DNA from: Azolla caroliniana
Taxonomy: Eukaryota; Plantae; Polypodiophyta
Assembly (NCBI GenBank): GCA_043228905.1
Contig: JBHGNT010000008.1
Coordinates: 2,976,001-3,040,000, forward strand
Direction of reading: 5' to 3'
Length of the DNA: 64,000 nucleotides
Positions within the stretch are counted from its first letter, which is position 1, and every line of letters begins with the position of its first letter. The translations under genes and the position numbers were made by a program. The notes below the pieces were generated by a model that had not been told where the DNA came from, did no database searches, and saw only the letters and a program-made list of their open reading frames with translations. Positions 14,010 to 30,801 of this stretch are shown in pieces.

Positions 14010-16210
14010 ATGAAGGAGCCACAACAAGGAATGAAGCCACCGGTTCCTACATCTCAGCCCCACTCGGTTATGAATAGAGCCTATAGGAGGAAAGACTATG
14101 ATTATATCTCACGTTTTAATCTAACGACGCAATCGGGCCTAATGTCATCTAAAACAAATACTGATCACTTCCATCACATATTTGATAGAGAAAGCGATTC
14201 CTTATTCACAGAAAGCTCTCTTGAGTCAGGTACTATCCCTAGCTTTGCAAGCTCTACGAGCTTTGCCTCAGGAGAAAGCTATACAAAGAATTCTATGGAA
14301 TATTTAGAAGCAAAGAATGATCATCATCGTTCTCCCTATCTTGTTAGCCCTTCAGATTCTCTTCAAATGGATGAAAAACACCCCGAACTACATGTGGAAT
14401 TGAAAGAAAAGTGTTTATATGCAAATGGATATATTCATTTAGAGGAGAGTACCACAGAAGGTGACGAAGTACACGTCGAGATGATAGAAAAGGCAAAACA
14501 AGAGAAAATGGATGAAAAACATCGTGAACTACCTGTCAAGATGATAGAAAAGGAGAAACAAGAGATAATGGATGAAAAACATCGCGAACTACGTGTTGAG
14601 ATGGTAGAAAAGGCGAAACAACAGAATATGGTATGTGAAATAGAAAACAGTGTTAAAACATAATGTCATATTGCATGAATATTAACTGAACTGCAGTGCA
14701 TCTGCTAAACCATGTGAAGGATAAAGTTATTCTTATATTAATGTTACTTATGTTGCAAATATGAATACCACATGATAATTAATGATCATTGCTTGTATTA
14801 ATATACAGAATTAATTGAAGTAATACATCTGTAAATTAATACAATGAAGATATTTAAGAAGAATATTAAATTTATTTACACGTGGCATCCATATTTGCCA
14901 ATGTTTATGCTTTCTTATAGACAATCCTTTTAACAGAACATGGTTTTTGTTGAATGATGCCTACAAATCATATTCAACTCAATGACCTATAATCATAGCT
15001 TGTCTATGCCCTCAAGTTAATGTAAATTTTCTATTTTTTGGCAATTGACATGCATTCAATTTAATTCACTGCAAGGTTTGCACTTCCTATTATAGCCAAT
15101 ACTGAAATAAAGTATTGGTTTGCAATTTGATGTTATAGTAAACTTATAAATAAGTTTATGCCTGTACCCTGTTGTAAAGTTTATATTAGGTCATAGACAT
15201 ATTTTGAGGCCAAACCAAAGTTTGTTCTCCCCTTGTGTTATTTTGTTACAGCAGCAACCTACTGTGCTTCCAAAATTTGGTGATTGGGAAACAAGCAATC
15301 CTTCAGCTGGTTATGAGTATACTGTCATTTTTAAGAAGCTTAGAGATGAGAAGAAATTGGGGACTTTGCCGATGTCTCCATCATCCACCGATTGTAAAAT
15401 AGGACTGTCAGATATATCTTCCTCGGAAAATGTAAAACAGGAACTAGAACATCCTGTCAAAGCTCGACAATCAAAATCTCTATCCTCAAAGCCCTCTGAA
15501 ACAAATCGTTCATCGCAGCAGAAAAAGTCATTGGTATTCTCTTATTTACTTTTTAAAATAGGTGTGTTATGTATGTTTATGTGCTGTACGGAATACTTTT
15601 GATTGGATTTTGTATGATATGAACTGGATCCAAACATTTCTAGGAGTTGGAATGTATTTGTGGTGCTTTTAGGAAGAAAAAGTTTTGGTTTGATTTAGTA
15701 AGATATGAACTGCTGCAAACATTGCTAGAAGAGAGCTGTAGTATGTTTCTGTCATGTTACCTTTTAATCTTAGAGATGGTTGAAACAATTTATTCTATCA
15801 CCTGTGCAAATGCTTTCTTTTTGAGAATGCTTAAAAAAGATAATAAATAAAAAGCCCTGATACTTTCTGTTGTTTTGCAATTTCCCATCTCATTATCGAA
15901 CATGATAATACAAAAAAAACAGATTACATTGGGAACCGCTCATGTATCTTGTAATCGTCAGATTTTCACAAGATTATTGTAATTTTAGAGTAGGTGAACA
16001 TGCTTTTTATAAATTCAATGGTTCTATGGATTTTATTGAGCTGGAAACAAATGGCAAAACATGTGGAAATTCCAAGTTCTCATGAGTTGTGCTATGTCAT
16101 TGCAGTTTTGTGTGTAATATGTATTAACAACTTAAAAAATATGAGTTAATTATTTTTGATCTTGTATTTAGAAATGGAGCTTCTGCTGTACGAGCTCTGT
16201 GGTTGATTGA
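14010..16210 (+). CDS. RIN4/NOI-family protein (~313 aa). Exons 14010-14630, 15252-15533, 16172-16210
   Basis: Exon 2 encodes LPKFGDWETSNPSAGYEYTVIFKKLRDEKK (NOI domain: [LVI]PxFGxW AvrRpt2 site plus YTxxFxK). The last exon is KWSFCCTSSVVD*, the Cys-Cys S-acylation tail typical of NOI proteins. Introns are GT-AG, phase 0. An acceptor at 14005 means upstream exons are possible. Confidence 0.8.
14468..14630 (+). repeat. 60-nt (20-aa) coding tandem repeat, MDEKHRELxVxMIEKxKQEx
   Basis: About 2.7 adjacent units, plus a more diverged MDEKHPELHVELKEK unit at ~14367. Confidence 0.85.
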
Positions 16211-18780
16211 TCAGTAGATTGGAAAATCAGAAGACCAGGAAGGTAGTTTCACACCTTTTGGACAATATTATATGGTGTTCATAGCTTTTCAACCTTGTGA
16301 TTCAAACGTAAATAATGGCCATTCACTTCATTCAACTTATCATTTCAATGTATCATTAATTTTTTATTATGTAACATGTGAAGGGTCATTTCAAGGAATC
16401 ATATGCATTATGTATAGTTTGAAAAGAGCTTTTTAAACTTTTACTAAATATTTGGTTCTTTTTAAATGGTTCTGAATTTTCTTTTTCTTTGGTTAAGCAA
16501 TATAATTCTACTGTTACATCCAGGGATCATATCAATTATGTATAGCCTTTGCGAAGTCATAAAAATTGCATTTACGGATGCTTATTTAAAATTATATTAT
16601 ATTGTTTTGGTCATTTAATTATAGGTTCCCTTTGAATACAGAGGTATTCGTTGTAACGTAATAATAAAGCCAAAAATTATAGCACTATCCATACATGTCA
16701 TGGCACTATCATAAAGGACCATATGTATTATATGTAGTGGGATGGTATGAAATCTATGATAATTGTGCACAAATGATTTATATTTATGATTATAGAAATT
16801 CAATTGCATGGTGTTTATGGACGTAAGGAACGAATGGAAATGGTATGCCCTCACATAATTGTATGGAATAGGGTCTCTAATGAAATGCATGCACAATGAA
16901 CATCATAGTATATGCATAAAACCCTATTAGCTTCTGAATTTGGGTTCTGGTTGCAGTTTTCCACTTCAAACTTTTTGGAATTTGAACTATGATTAAGGTT
17001 CTACATTTAGGATTTAGGTGTATTCACCACTTCTGTAGTACGTTATATTTGTGATTTGGCTCACTCATTGTCAATATTTGGATTGAGGGTTAAGTGACTT
17101 CAACAACTTCCATATAATATACTTGGAATCAAAATTAGGAAAAGTTCGTGAAGCTTGTGTGATTGGTAAGGCAAGACGACTTGGTTGCCACTCTCGATGT
17201 CATTCAGCCCCTCCAGCTCAATAGGTTTAAAATTTGAAGATTGTAGTCATGATAGTGGCATCAATGGGCTCCTCGACAATCAAAGGTTGGGGATCTGGAT
17301 CTAGAATTAAGGGTTTATCTATACTTGTTCAAAGTAGGATCAGTCTTAGGATTCATGTTTTTGGATGTCGATCACTTCGCAATACATTTAATATGGGAGT
17401 AGTTTGTGATCCAATTCAAACTTGAGGGCTTGATAGAGGGCAAATTAGGGTGAACTCTCATAATCATTGAATCTATACTTTTAAGGTTATAGAATCTATA
17501 AAATGAGCGATTTGTTTCTATGAGATTTTAGGGAATTTGGGAGGCTAGCTATGAAGTTTAGGCCAATGACATACAAGTAGTGTGGATCGATCCAAGCCTT
17601 TTTGTGACTTGAATGCATTGGCATGAAGATGGTAGGTAAATTATATGGTTACAATTTCATCCCACACGAACGGGCCATTGGCAAGATGTTGATGGGACCC
17701 AATCGGGATGCTAAAATTTGTCTTTGATTATTATGGATGCCTTCTCATATAACCTTTTTTCTATATCATTATGTTTATTATTTATTTCTCTTGATTGGGA
17801 CGTTTACGTTTCTTTCTTTGTTTTACTTTATTGCATATATTATATATGGTTCCTTTCTTCAAAGCATACTTGGAGTTTGTGGTGTTGCGTGCAACAAGGG
17901 GATGATGAAGTATTATGACGAAGTTGAGAAGCCAACTTTTAATATATCTTGAGTTTTTGCCTCATCAACCAATTGTATGGTGAATGCAATATGTGTTTGA
18001 ATAAATAAAAATATGCATGATAATATGTAGGCATTGAAAGGTCTTTAGAAAATTCCAAGCAAATGACGAGACGCTAGAAGTTGGACCCAATTTTTTCGAG
18101 ATGTATAATACTACATATATATGAGAAAATTGAGTTCTAAAATATGTGTACCCCTTGCTACATTTAAATGTTCTGGCCCTTATCCTAAAGATTCTTTTTC
18201 GATCCTAAATACTCACGAAAATCCGTACAAGTCTTGGAGAAGCGTAAACTCACGTGTCACAAATTATACAAAAGTGAGCATTTGACATAATTATTGTTTT
18301 CCCCAAATTGTGGAAAATTAGCTCTAATTAATTGGTTTTCGAGAATTCAACATAATGCTAGCTTGTATATTTTCGAACGATATCAAGATATTAAAACTAG
18401 GGGTATAATAGAACAAAATTTGTTGGAAGTTTTTTGGGAGATTGGTGTTTATAGAAGATGGGGAAGTGAAGGCAAAGGCCTATATAGCCTTGGGAGCAAT
18501 GGTATGATTTGAATACTTACAGACTACAGTTGCGTTTGAAGCCTTTCAAAGTGTCACATGACATGTAAAAACTTTGTGAAAGATTCATAGGATTTAAAAG
18601 AGAGAACTTTCACCCATTAACATGGATATGGGGAAGTACGGCCCTCAACCAAGGACAACTAACTTTGTAAAGCACATACCCAAAAATAGAATAGAAAATG
18701 CGCCAAATTCTTAAATGTGTGTGTGCATAATTATTAATGATTATAATCTGCACTTTATGTAGGTTTCTTGGCTTTAACGA

Positions 18781-18986
18781 TTAATAAAGAGGATCCTCAT
18801 GATTTAGACATTTTATTCTTTTGTGACTCCTAAGTTCTCAATAGTAGCAATTAATAAGGAGCATCCTCATGATTTAGACATTTTATTGTTTTGTGACTCC
18901 TAAGTCCTCAATAGTAGTGGTTAATAAGGAGGATCCTCATGATTTAGACATTTGATTCTTTTGTGACTCCTAAGTCTTCAATAGTA
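18781..18986. repeat. 70-bp tandem repeat, three units
   Basis: Units start at 18781, 18851 and 18921: ttaataagga g(g/c)atcctcatgatttagacattttattcttttgtgactcctaagt... Confidence 0.9.
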
Positions 18987-19074
18987 TTTGTGCACAAGGT
19001 AAATCAAAAATTTTATTTAGTATTGAAAATTTGAAACTTTTTTGTGTATAAAGTGAGTAATTAAGATAGTTTGC

Positions 19075-19750
19075 AGCTATGATGACGCCTTATAAGGTGC
19101 AACTTTTTGTTTGTTTTTTCTTGTGCTGATGTGCTTGGGGAGTTTAACATGTTGAATAATAGATTTCGCGAGTAGTGTTGAACTATTACTAGCATCAAGA
19201 GAACATCTCAAATCGACGATTGAAACTTTCGATTTCCAAGTTTTTTCTGATGCATTTGCAGTAGATGCATTTCCTTTATATTTCACAAGCAATGTACTTA
19301 ATGACAATGGATTCATGAGTTTTGTTGATATTGAAGGCATTTCATACTGACATCAATTACATTTGGGTTCAATTTATGAAGGCAATGAACATGAAATATA
19401 TGGCATGGAAATTGCTCATATGATCCATTTATATCAAAGTTATGTAAGAAAATCGAATATTGTATCATGAGGTTGTTTAAAGAATGACTTCTATATATTT
19501 GAAGCTCTGAAGTGAAGTTCTTTTGTCCAAAGTACTATCATAAAGGTTTGGACAAATTAGATGGATACATGAGAGAGTGAGTTACAAGATGAAAACATGC
19601 ATAAGATTCGGAAAGATGATTGTAATCATGATGAATGGGAGCAATGTTTTCCATGAATAATAATAAAAGTTTGAAGGAAGGTCTTTGTTTTGGCACTATC
19701 ATTGGTTGCATGTGAAAGACCTTTTTCTAATATGAGTAAGATTACAACTC
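19075..19750 (+). mobile_element. Highly degenerate hAT transposase remnant (C-terminal dimerisation region)
   Basis: Fragments translate to CADVLG...MLNNRF and FP...VFVLALSLVACERPFSNMSKI, matching the hAT S..CER.FS.M..IK motif; many stops. Confidence 0.45.
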
Positions 19751-20929
19751 TCTCTCTCTGGTGAAAATACACAATTATATTACTAAGTGTGTATGAAAAC
19801 ATCTACAAATGGTAGTGTGGTGAAAATGATCAGTTCAACACTAAAACACAATTCGGTGAGCAAGAAAATGCCATGACTTCTTAACAGAGACTAATTAATA
19901 ACCAAGTTTAAATAAATTGATTACCTATTCATGACCCAAATTAAATAAAGAGCAAATAAACTTTGTGATTAACGATGTTGGTTATGTTCTTAATTATGAT
20001 TTGAACGATATTTTTTAAATCCTTGCTTACATGTCGTTGGGGTAGATACCTACCCTTCACTTCCTAAGGATGACACAATGAGCAATCCTCTCAAAGACCT
20101 ATCTCCCAGGACTTTAGGAAAAATTTAAGAAAAGTTGTGAATGATTACACATAACAACATCGCCTACTATTGTGACTCAACTTGATCTATTCATGGTATC
20201 CATTGAAGTCAACCATGACTGTCTATGTTTTCCTAAGAAAATGACATATCTCAATGTGAATATGCAAAGATAGGACATGATTTTAGAATGCCTTAGAATT
20301 TTTTGCCCTAGTTCTTATGTAGTAGCTATTGCCTTTTTTTGTCCCCTTGATAAGAGAGAGGACAACCATGTAACATGCATAACCATAATTCATCATGAGA
20401 TAGGTTTTTTGTGTAGTTTTCGCTAATCTTATGATGGGTACGAGTGGCTTAATTCTGAAAGGAACGAGGGCATTAAATGAATTACAATTCTACAGTGTGA
20501 GATCAATTATTAAGCATGTTATCACTTGACCACTTTCACATGTACTCGGGTGTATGAACACACCAAGGCGTAGGGCTTTTGCATATATAAGAATGCTAAC
20601 TACCTTCTTGTAAGGGAGATGGCTCTTATTAGCTTAGCACGAGCGGTCCTCAAGGAACCCAAGGTATGACATGCATCAACACCCGGTGGTATGAGACATA
20701 TAAAGAGAGAACGAACACATCATGATATGTAGTTAGCACGTGACAAATACCCCATAACCTATATTGTTTTCAAAGGGTATTTCTTGGCAAATATATGCAT
20801 ATCCTTGTATTACACCAATGTGCAATTTGGAATTATTTTTAAGATGAAACCTTAAACATTCTTCTAGAAGTTTGAGATTTTAGAATGCATAACGAAATTA
20901 AGGAGATACTACATACATGGAATTTGTTT

Positions 20930-21200
20930 TTGGATAACTATGGATTGGTGGTCTTGGGAATTTGTAGTGAAGGTCTTCATTTGGAGATTTTGATTGGGGG
21001 TTTGCCTTTGGGATTAGCTTTAATCGATGTGGACTAGCACTGGGAAATTGCTTCTTTTGCACCATTCAAGTGGAAGATAATACTCATTGTCTCATACAAT
21101 GTCTGATTTCGACTTATATTTCCCAAATTTGTCAAGTTTTGTCACGATGTTAATTTGAAGCCAAGACATTGGGTTTTTGCATGATTCACATAGGTTGACC
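20930..21200 (+). mobile_element. LINE remnant (zf-RVT region)
   Basis: VKVFIWR..GGLPLGLAL..GNCFFCTIQVEDNTHCLIQC across frameshifts; a paralogous copy lies at 53650-53800. Confidence 0.55.
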
Positions 21201-22304
21201 TAGAATCAAAGATGGAGATCATTTTCCTATTTCTTAGGTATTGAGAATTGCGTCATAATTGGGATATGCATTTTCGTATTTTGATGGTAGCCATGGAGTC
21301 GAAGCATATCTATGAGGGAGTAGTAATGTGGCAATTTTCTTGACCCGGGCATGTAGAAATTCTTTCTTGGGTGGAGTATTCGTCTTGCCTAGTATCAATT
21401 CAACTTGTTAGTTCCACTTTGATTACCATTGTAGTGTTTTTCACACACATTTTATCTGTATACCTATGTGTGTGTGTGTGTCTCTCTCTCTCTCTAATTG
21501 GTGTAAGCCTATATTCCTTCAATTAGGTTTTTGCACATATGGAGAACAATGAATTGATGCCTCATTTCTGAATTCTTTTTGAATTCTTGAGGTATTGTGG
21601 GGATATACAGTTCAATTGGAATATGTAGGAATGCCACATTCACTCTTGATTCGCAAAGTTAGGGTGAGAAAGTATACTGCAAAGTTAAAAAGGGCTTCTT
21701 TTGGGGCAATTGACCGTGCTAAAGAAGTCACGGAATGTCAACCCATGAAGAGAGAGAGAGAGAGAGAGCCCTGCCAGGTCAGATATATATCATCAGATTC
21801 GCCATTTGAACTAGTGTGTAGGGTGGGATTGAGTTTGTAGTCGTAGTCGTAGCAGTACATAGTATTTAGATCCGTAGAAGGGCGCTTTTTCTGTACATAT
21901 TTTGTTGTACGTTTTTTTTCCTCCAAAGAAGGAGCTACTTTTCCATTAGTTAGGAGGAGAGATATTTTGTTATGAGAGTTAGTCATGGGGGATGAGAGAG
22001 AGAGAGAAAAAGAAAGATATATTAACGTCTTGTAAGGACAAAATTGGCCCATGGGGCAAATGGTTTACAACAAAAAATGGGATATTTACCCATTTCATTG
22101 AAAGTAAAAATTAAAATAAAAACAAAATAAAAATAGAGTTTTAAGCTAAATAGTTCTAGTAAAATAACAAACAAGTTCTATATGAAAAACATGTTCTACG
22201 ATGAAAATGATGTTTTACTAGGCCTAATTTCATTTCCATCCAAGTCTGTCGAAGAGAAGGGGGAGATCAAAGGGGAAGAGAGACAGACAGACAGACAGAC
22301 AGGG

Positions 22305-22676
22305 AGACTGGTTTGGTTTGGTTTGAGCCAAAACCGGTCCCATTGTGAGAGAGAGACCGGTTTGGTTCGGAGCTGAAACCGGTCCCATTGTGAGAGAGAG
22401 ACTGGTTGGGTTCGGTTTGAGCCGAAACCGGTCCCATTGTGAGAGAGAGACCAGTTTGGTTCGGTTTGAGCCGAAACCGGTCCCATTATGAGAGAGACCG
22501 GTTAGCTTCGGTTTGAGCCAAAAACGGTTCCATCGTGAGAGAGAGACCGGTATGGTTCGGTTTGAGCCAAAACCGGTTCCATTGTGAGTGAGAACGGTTT
22601 GGTTCGGTTTGAGCCGAAACGGTCCCATTGTGAGAGAGAGACCGGTTTGGTTCGATTTGAGCCGAAACCGGTCCAT

Positions 22677-22740
<64 letters not shown>

Positions 22741-22768
22741 GTATGGTTCGGTTTGAGCCGAAACCGGT
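22305..22768. repeat. ~49-bp minisatellite (~9 units) with an embedded (GA)n run, derived from a hAT terminus
   Basis: Unit gagagagaccggtttggttcggtttgagccgaaaccggtcccattgt, compared with the single terminus at 54035-54095. Confidence 0.9.
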
Positions 22769-24109
22769 ATAGATAGATGGAGAGAGAGAGAGAGAGAGAA
22801 TGGAGACCATGGAAGCTTCTTGGAAAGTCCTGCAATACGACTTTCTGGTTTTGTCTGAATTGCGACTTTCTGCTAACTCCAGCAAAATCAAACAGATTCA
22901 AAAGGTATATGTCTTCTTATTTATACTCATACATGCAGACAGAAAGAGAACAGAACTAAACAGAGAGCCTCTTCTTCTGTTCTCTCTTATTGTCTACATC
23001 TCTCTCTCTCTCTCTCTTTCTTTGTGAGTTTCTCGTATCCAATCCAATCAAATGATTGCATGTCGTTGTGTATCCATTCATTGCTTCCTTTCATTTCATT
23101 TCAATCACTGCTCATCATTCTTTTACGAGAATTAGTTCATTCATTCTACTGTGTGAAAAAAATCTACGAAACCCCCCGGGCCCAATTTCTCGGCAATATA
23201 GCATATAGCATATTCATTTCATGGATTGGTTACAAATGCAGGTTAATAATAATATGCCGTGTTTCTCAAGTCCTGTAACTTTGCTTTTCTTCTCCCTCTG
23301 TTTTATTTCAGCATCTGTCACATGCTCTCTCCTTGCATAATTTGCTGGGCCAGTGCCAGGTTGATCTCCCATCTCCATATATCCCAGATTTTCTATTTTT
23401 ATTTGTCTGGGATCGATTCCCACATAACCTACATTTAAAAAATCGGACTTTATGATAATCAAACTAGTTGTGTGATAAATCTTTTTTGAAAAGTTTGCTC
23501 TTGTTTTTATATGTCTCCAAAAAACTTTCAGCCTAGATATTTTTAAACTGCAAAGAGTTCTCATGGATTTAGGTTCAATTCCCACCATGAATTTGAGTAT
23601 ATCATAAAAAGTCAGTTCAGAAAGTTATTTGAACTTTTCCTCTATTATGTATCCACTCTGGTCATCAGTTTAGTTAATTGCATCCGTTCTCTCTTCCAAT
23701 ACATAGTTTTTGGACCAAGTCTTACATGACTGGCATCTACCATTTCACTTTCATATAAGGAATTGATTGCAAAAACTTTTGGAATTTTTTCTCTTGTTTA
23801 TACTATGCCCACAGAGGCGCTTATTAAGTCATCTTATAGGTGTACCATTTCATATATGATGCAGTTTCCTGATGGCTATCATTATGTCTGATATTCATTT
23901 CCCAAGTATATATTTCATGAATTCTGTGTGTTCTAATAAAAATCCGAAGACAAATATACATGTGGCCAAGGCATAACTCTCTATTTGCCATATCGTTTTC
24001 TTCTCGGAAGCTCTGCCGCTAATAATTGAGCATTGTGTTTCACAGATGTTGTCGCTTGCTCTATCAAGAAACCTATAAGGAATAAAATATAAAAGATTGA
24101 AAGTGCTAT

Positions 24110-27567
<3,458 letters not shown>

Positions 27568-28210
27568 CTCAAGAAGTACATTATAGATTGCAAAACAAGA
27601 ATTATCCATTCATCTGCCATTACATGGATGGATGTGCTCTGCCCTTATGCTTAAAATGAGGCGATTGTAATATATACTTATGTAAATGCCATATGGACTG
27701 ATCCGCAAATGTAACATTTAACATGTGCCTACCGGATGCTTGGCTTATGATTTCTGAGATACTAATATCTATTTTTAGCCAATTCCTGCTGTAACTATAC
27801 TTGTATGGTAGGTATCTTTGATCCTTTGAACTCCTTGTTTTATTCTCAGTAGTTGAGCAAGAAATAAAAAGCTTAACATGTTTTGTTGGTGCCTACATGT
27901 TAGAGTATATACAAAAAAACAAATCGGAATTATGCTTATTATTGTATGATTCTCTGTGATGTCTCCTTATTTAGGTGAAAATCTATGTTTAAGGTGTGAA
28001 TTGTTGTACCCAGAATCCCGAGATGATCTGTAGTTATGTGAAAAGCTGTATTAAGGTCCAAAATTTGGCACTCAAACCTTCGACTCTTGGTTAAGATGTG
28101 TGACTTTGGCGCCCCAATCTCATCATATTTTATTTTGAATTTTACTACTAATCAAAATTGTTCCCATGGATTACTTGGTTTATGCAACATTGAAGGATGC
28201 CCTCATATCA

Positions 28211-28400
28211 CTCTTGTGTTGGTCATGTGCTTGCCACAATTGCTTGTTTTATCCATTGAATTTCCTAAGGATTTCCTCACATCAGTCCAGTGTGCTCATC
28301 ATGTGCATGCTACAATCACTTGTTTTATGCAACTTTTGCCAAAGCAAGTGCTTGTATCATTCTTGTGCATGCCATAATTACTTGTTTTATTCAAGGATTC
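28211..28400. repeat. ~63-bp degenerate tandem repeat downstream of RGLG (also at ~50470-50760 and ~59810-60100)
   Basis: Unit gtgcatgc..aat.acttgttttat.caa..atttgccaaagcatgtgcttgtatca; copy 1 has one unit fewer than copies 2 and 3. Confidence 0.7.
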
Positions 28401-30037
28401 ACCGAAGCACAAATCCTTGCATCAGTTGTGGGTGTCTTGTTTAGTTAGTGATTTGCCAAAGCATGTCCTCACGTTGGTTGTGTGTGGTCATGTGGATTGA
28501 AGTTGAGATGAATGGTTTTTGGTTGAAGAGGAAAGCAAGATTTTTTTAAACAGTATGCATTTTTATATAACCATATTTGTAGTTCTTATGGATATCTAGT
28601 TGAATACTATCATGTCCGGTTCCTAAATACAGCTTTTTCATTGATAAGAGTTGTGTATGAAACAATGCATTGTCATATGCATAAATTGTTAGCATTAATT
28701 ATCATGTCCATCTTCTTAAATGGGTGATTATTATTTTGCTATGAGGGCTAGCAACAACGGTGTGCATGATTATTCCAAACTCGAAATGTGATTGGAAGTG
28801 CGAGAAACCTAGAACATCAAGTGGCAATAGGATGAGATGATAGAGTGGAAGTGAAGGTTTTGCTTGAAGCGAGAGTTAGCCGAAGTTTGGTTGCTTGGAA
28901 ATTTTGGATGCCAACAATAAGTGCACCCCAAAGTAAAATAGAAATGATCATAAGAACAATCATGCAAGTTCTCAATTTGTTGTACCGGATAGATCTCAAC
29001 TACAGAATTCAACAATGATAAATACTTCATGCTATCACAACCTTTGCTTATGGCTTAACCTACACCAAAACACAATATATCAGTAGTTTAATAAAGCACA
29101 TGATTCTGGATTGGAAGAAAGGTTTGCATTAAAATTTATAGAATATCGAGTTGTAAACTACGTGCACAAAGCTACTAGACGTAAATTAAAACATGTTTTC
29201 GAGCAACGCCAATTCCATCAACAAACATGTTATCCACAAACAATGATTCTTTGGGAAACCATGTCATCAACTCCATGAGACACACATGTTGTGTGGAGAA
29301 ATGGCTAGTTCAAGGAAATAATTTGCATGGAAAAGATCAAACTTACACAAGGATGGATCGAACGCATTTATTTTCTTCCATTTGTAGAAATATATTTTTC
29401 CAATAGCATAAAGGAAATCCTATGCATACCTACAAGGAAAGAGGTAGTACAAAATTATGTAGTGTCTTCTTTTATCTACCTTTCTTTCACCTCTTTTCAT
29501 CTTTATTCCTCATTTTCACTAACTTTTATATTGTGCATTGTCTTTATTCCTTTAGTAGTGTAACTTTCTTAAAGCTAGTTAGAGAATAAAGATCTCCTGA
29601 AAAGTTCGGATGCCTATCATATGGGTACGAGCCATAAGGAGTATGCATGTCCTGTATAGGCAAATGCGAGATGGATTTAGGATTCTTGAAGTGAAAAAAT
29701 CAAATGCTCAAGCTCAATTCGCACGAAATGAATAACCACCAAGTTTGAACATCCATAATGAATGATTCTAAACCACATTCCTACTTACGAGGTCTAAACT
29801 CCAAAGTTCCAGATGCGATGCACATAGTTTTTATCTCTCTTTAATCATTACCCAATTCTTTCTTTTGCGCGAAGATGGCTACCAATGTTGGTATAAATTT
29901 CTATTTCTTATGGGCAAATCTATAGTCATGGTTTAGTATAGTCTTCCATTGATACCAAATTTGTTTCCTAACTTCAGATTTCTTGTTGTAGTTTCGAACT
30001 TCCACAACCTCGTAAATTTAGTGGTATAAGTTTAGAA

Positions 30038-30206
30038 CTTTCTTTGAGCAAGTGAAGCATCGGAGAGGAGGAGGTCCCGCCGAAGAAGAAGAAGACGAAG
30101 AAGCTTTGTGGCCCTCGAACAATTGGGCCTCCGTTCTCTCAAAGTCCGTGATCAATCTGGTTTTTTATTGCAATTCGTTGGGCAGATTCCCTCTCCAAGG
30201 CGAATC
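30038..30206 (-). pseudogene. Internal fragment of the A20/AN1 SAP gene
   Basis: Aligns to 63330-63518 (e.g. ggagaggaggaggtcccgcc and gggcagattccctctccaaggcgaatc). Confidence 0.85.
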
Positions 30207-30801
30207 TGATGTCATTGTCCAAGGTCATGAAACCTTATTTGAGAGATAAGTAGGAATGCTTTTGGCACTTGGCTTTATTCCATGTGAATATCATTTCAAG
30301 TTCTGTCTAGATTCTATCAAAATCACTTGTTTACTATATGGCATTCAATTTTTTTGGACTATAATTACCTTGTGCATAGGAAGGATCTTGAAAAACCTTG
30401 AAGACAAAGTTGAGATTTACTTCATTACAAACACTCTTGAAGGAAGGACCATGATAAACCCCTCACTTACATTCCTTATCAATCACAACTTGTTGGGAAA
30501 CACAAGACACCCAATGAATTCTTTGAAACAACTCTAATGATATAGTCTTCCTTGTGCAAAAGAAAAGAGTCACTTGAAAAAATTGCCACAAGCTCCAATA
30601 AAAGCATTAAGAGCAAAAGACAATGTCTCTAGAATTTTGTCTAAATCTTGAAGCGTTGAGGTTCATACCAAAATCTAAGTAATTTCCCAATCTTGCCAAC
30701 CTCACCAAGATTAAGTGATTTGCTTTCTTTGATCAAACTTATCAATGGGTCTTTAGTATAATTATTGTTCTCTAGTAGTACTTTAGTCAATGTGTTACAA
30801 G

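Noticed and set aside
22305-22768. CRISPR-like appearance of the 49-bp array (and of the 39455-39725 hairpin array)
   Set aside because: Eukaryotic context and no cas genes. The 49-bp array has no unique spacers; the hairpin cores are short, degenerate and inside a retrotransposon leader.
22777-24109. Short ORFs repeated upstream of each RGLG copy
   Set aside because: Their recurrence is explained by the segmental duplication; frames are not conserved between copies and the region is probably 5' UTR and intron.
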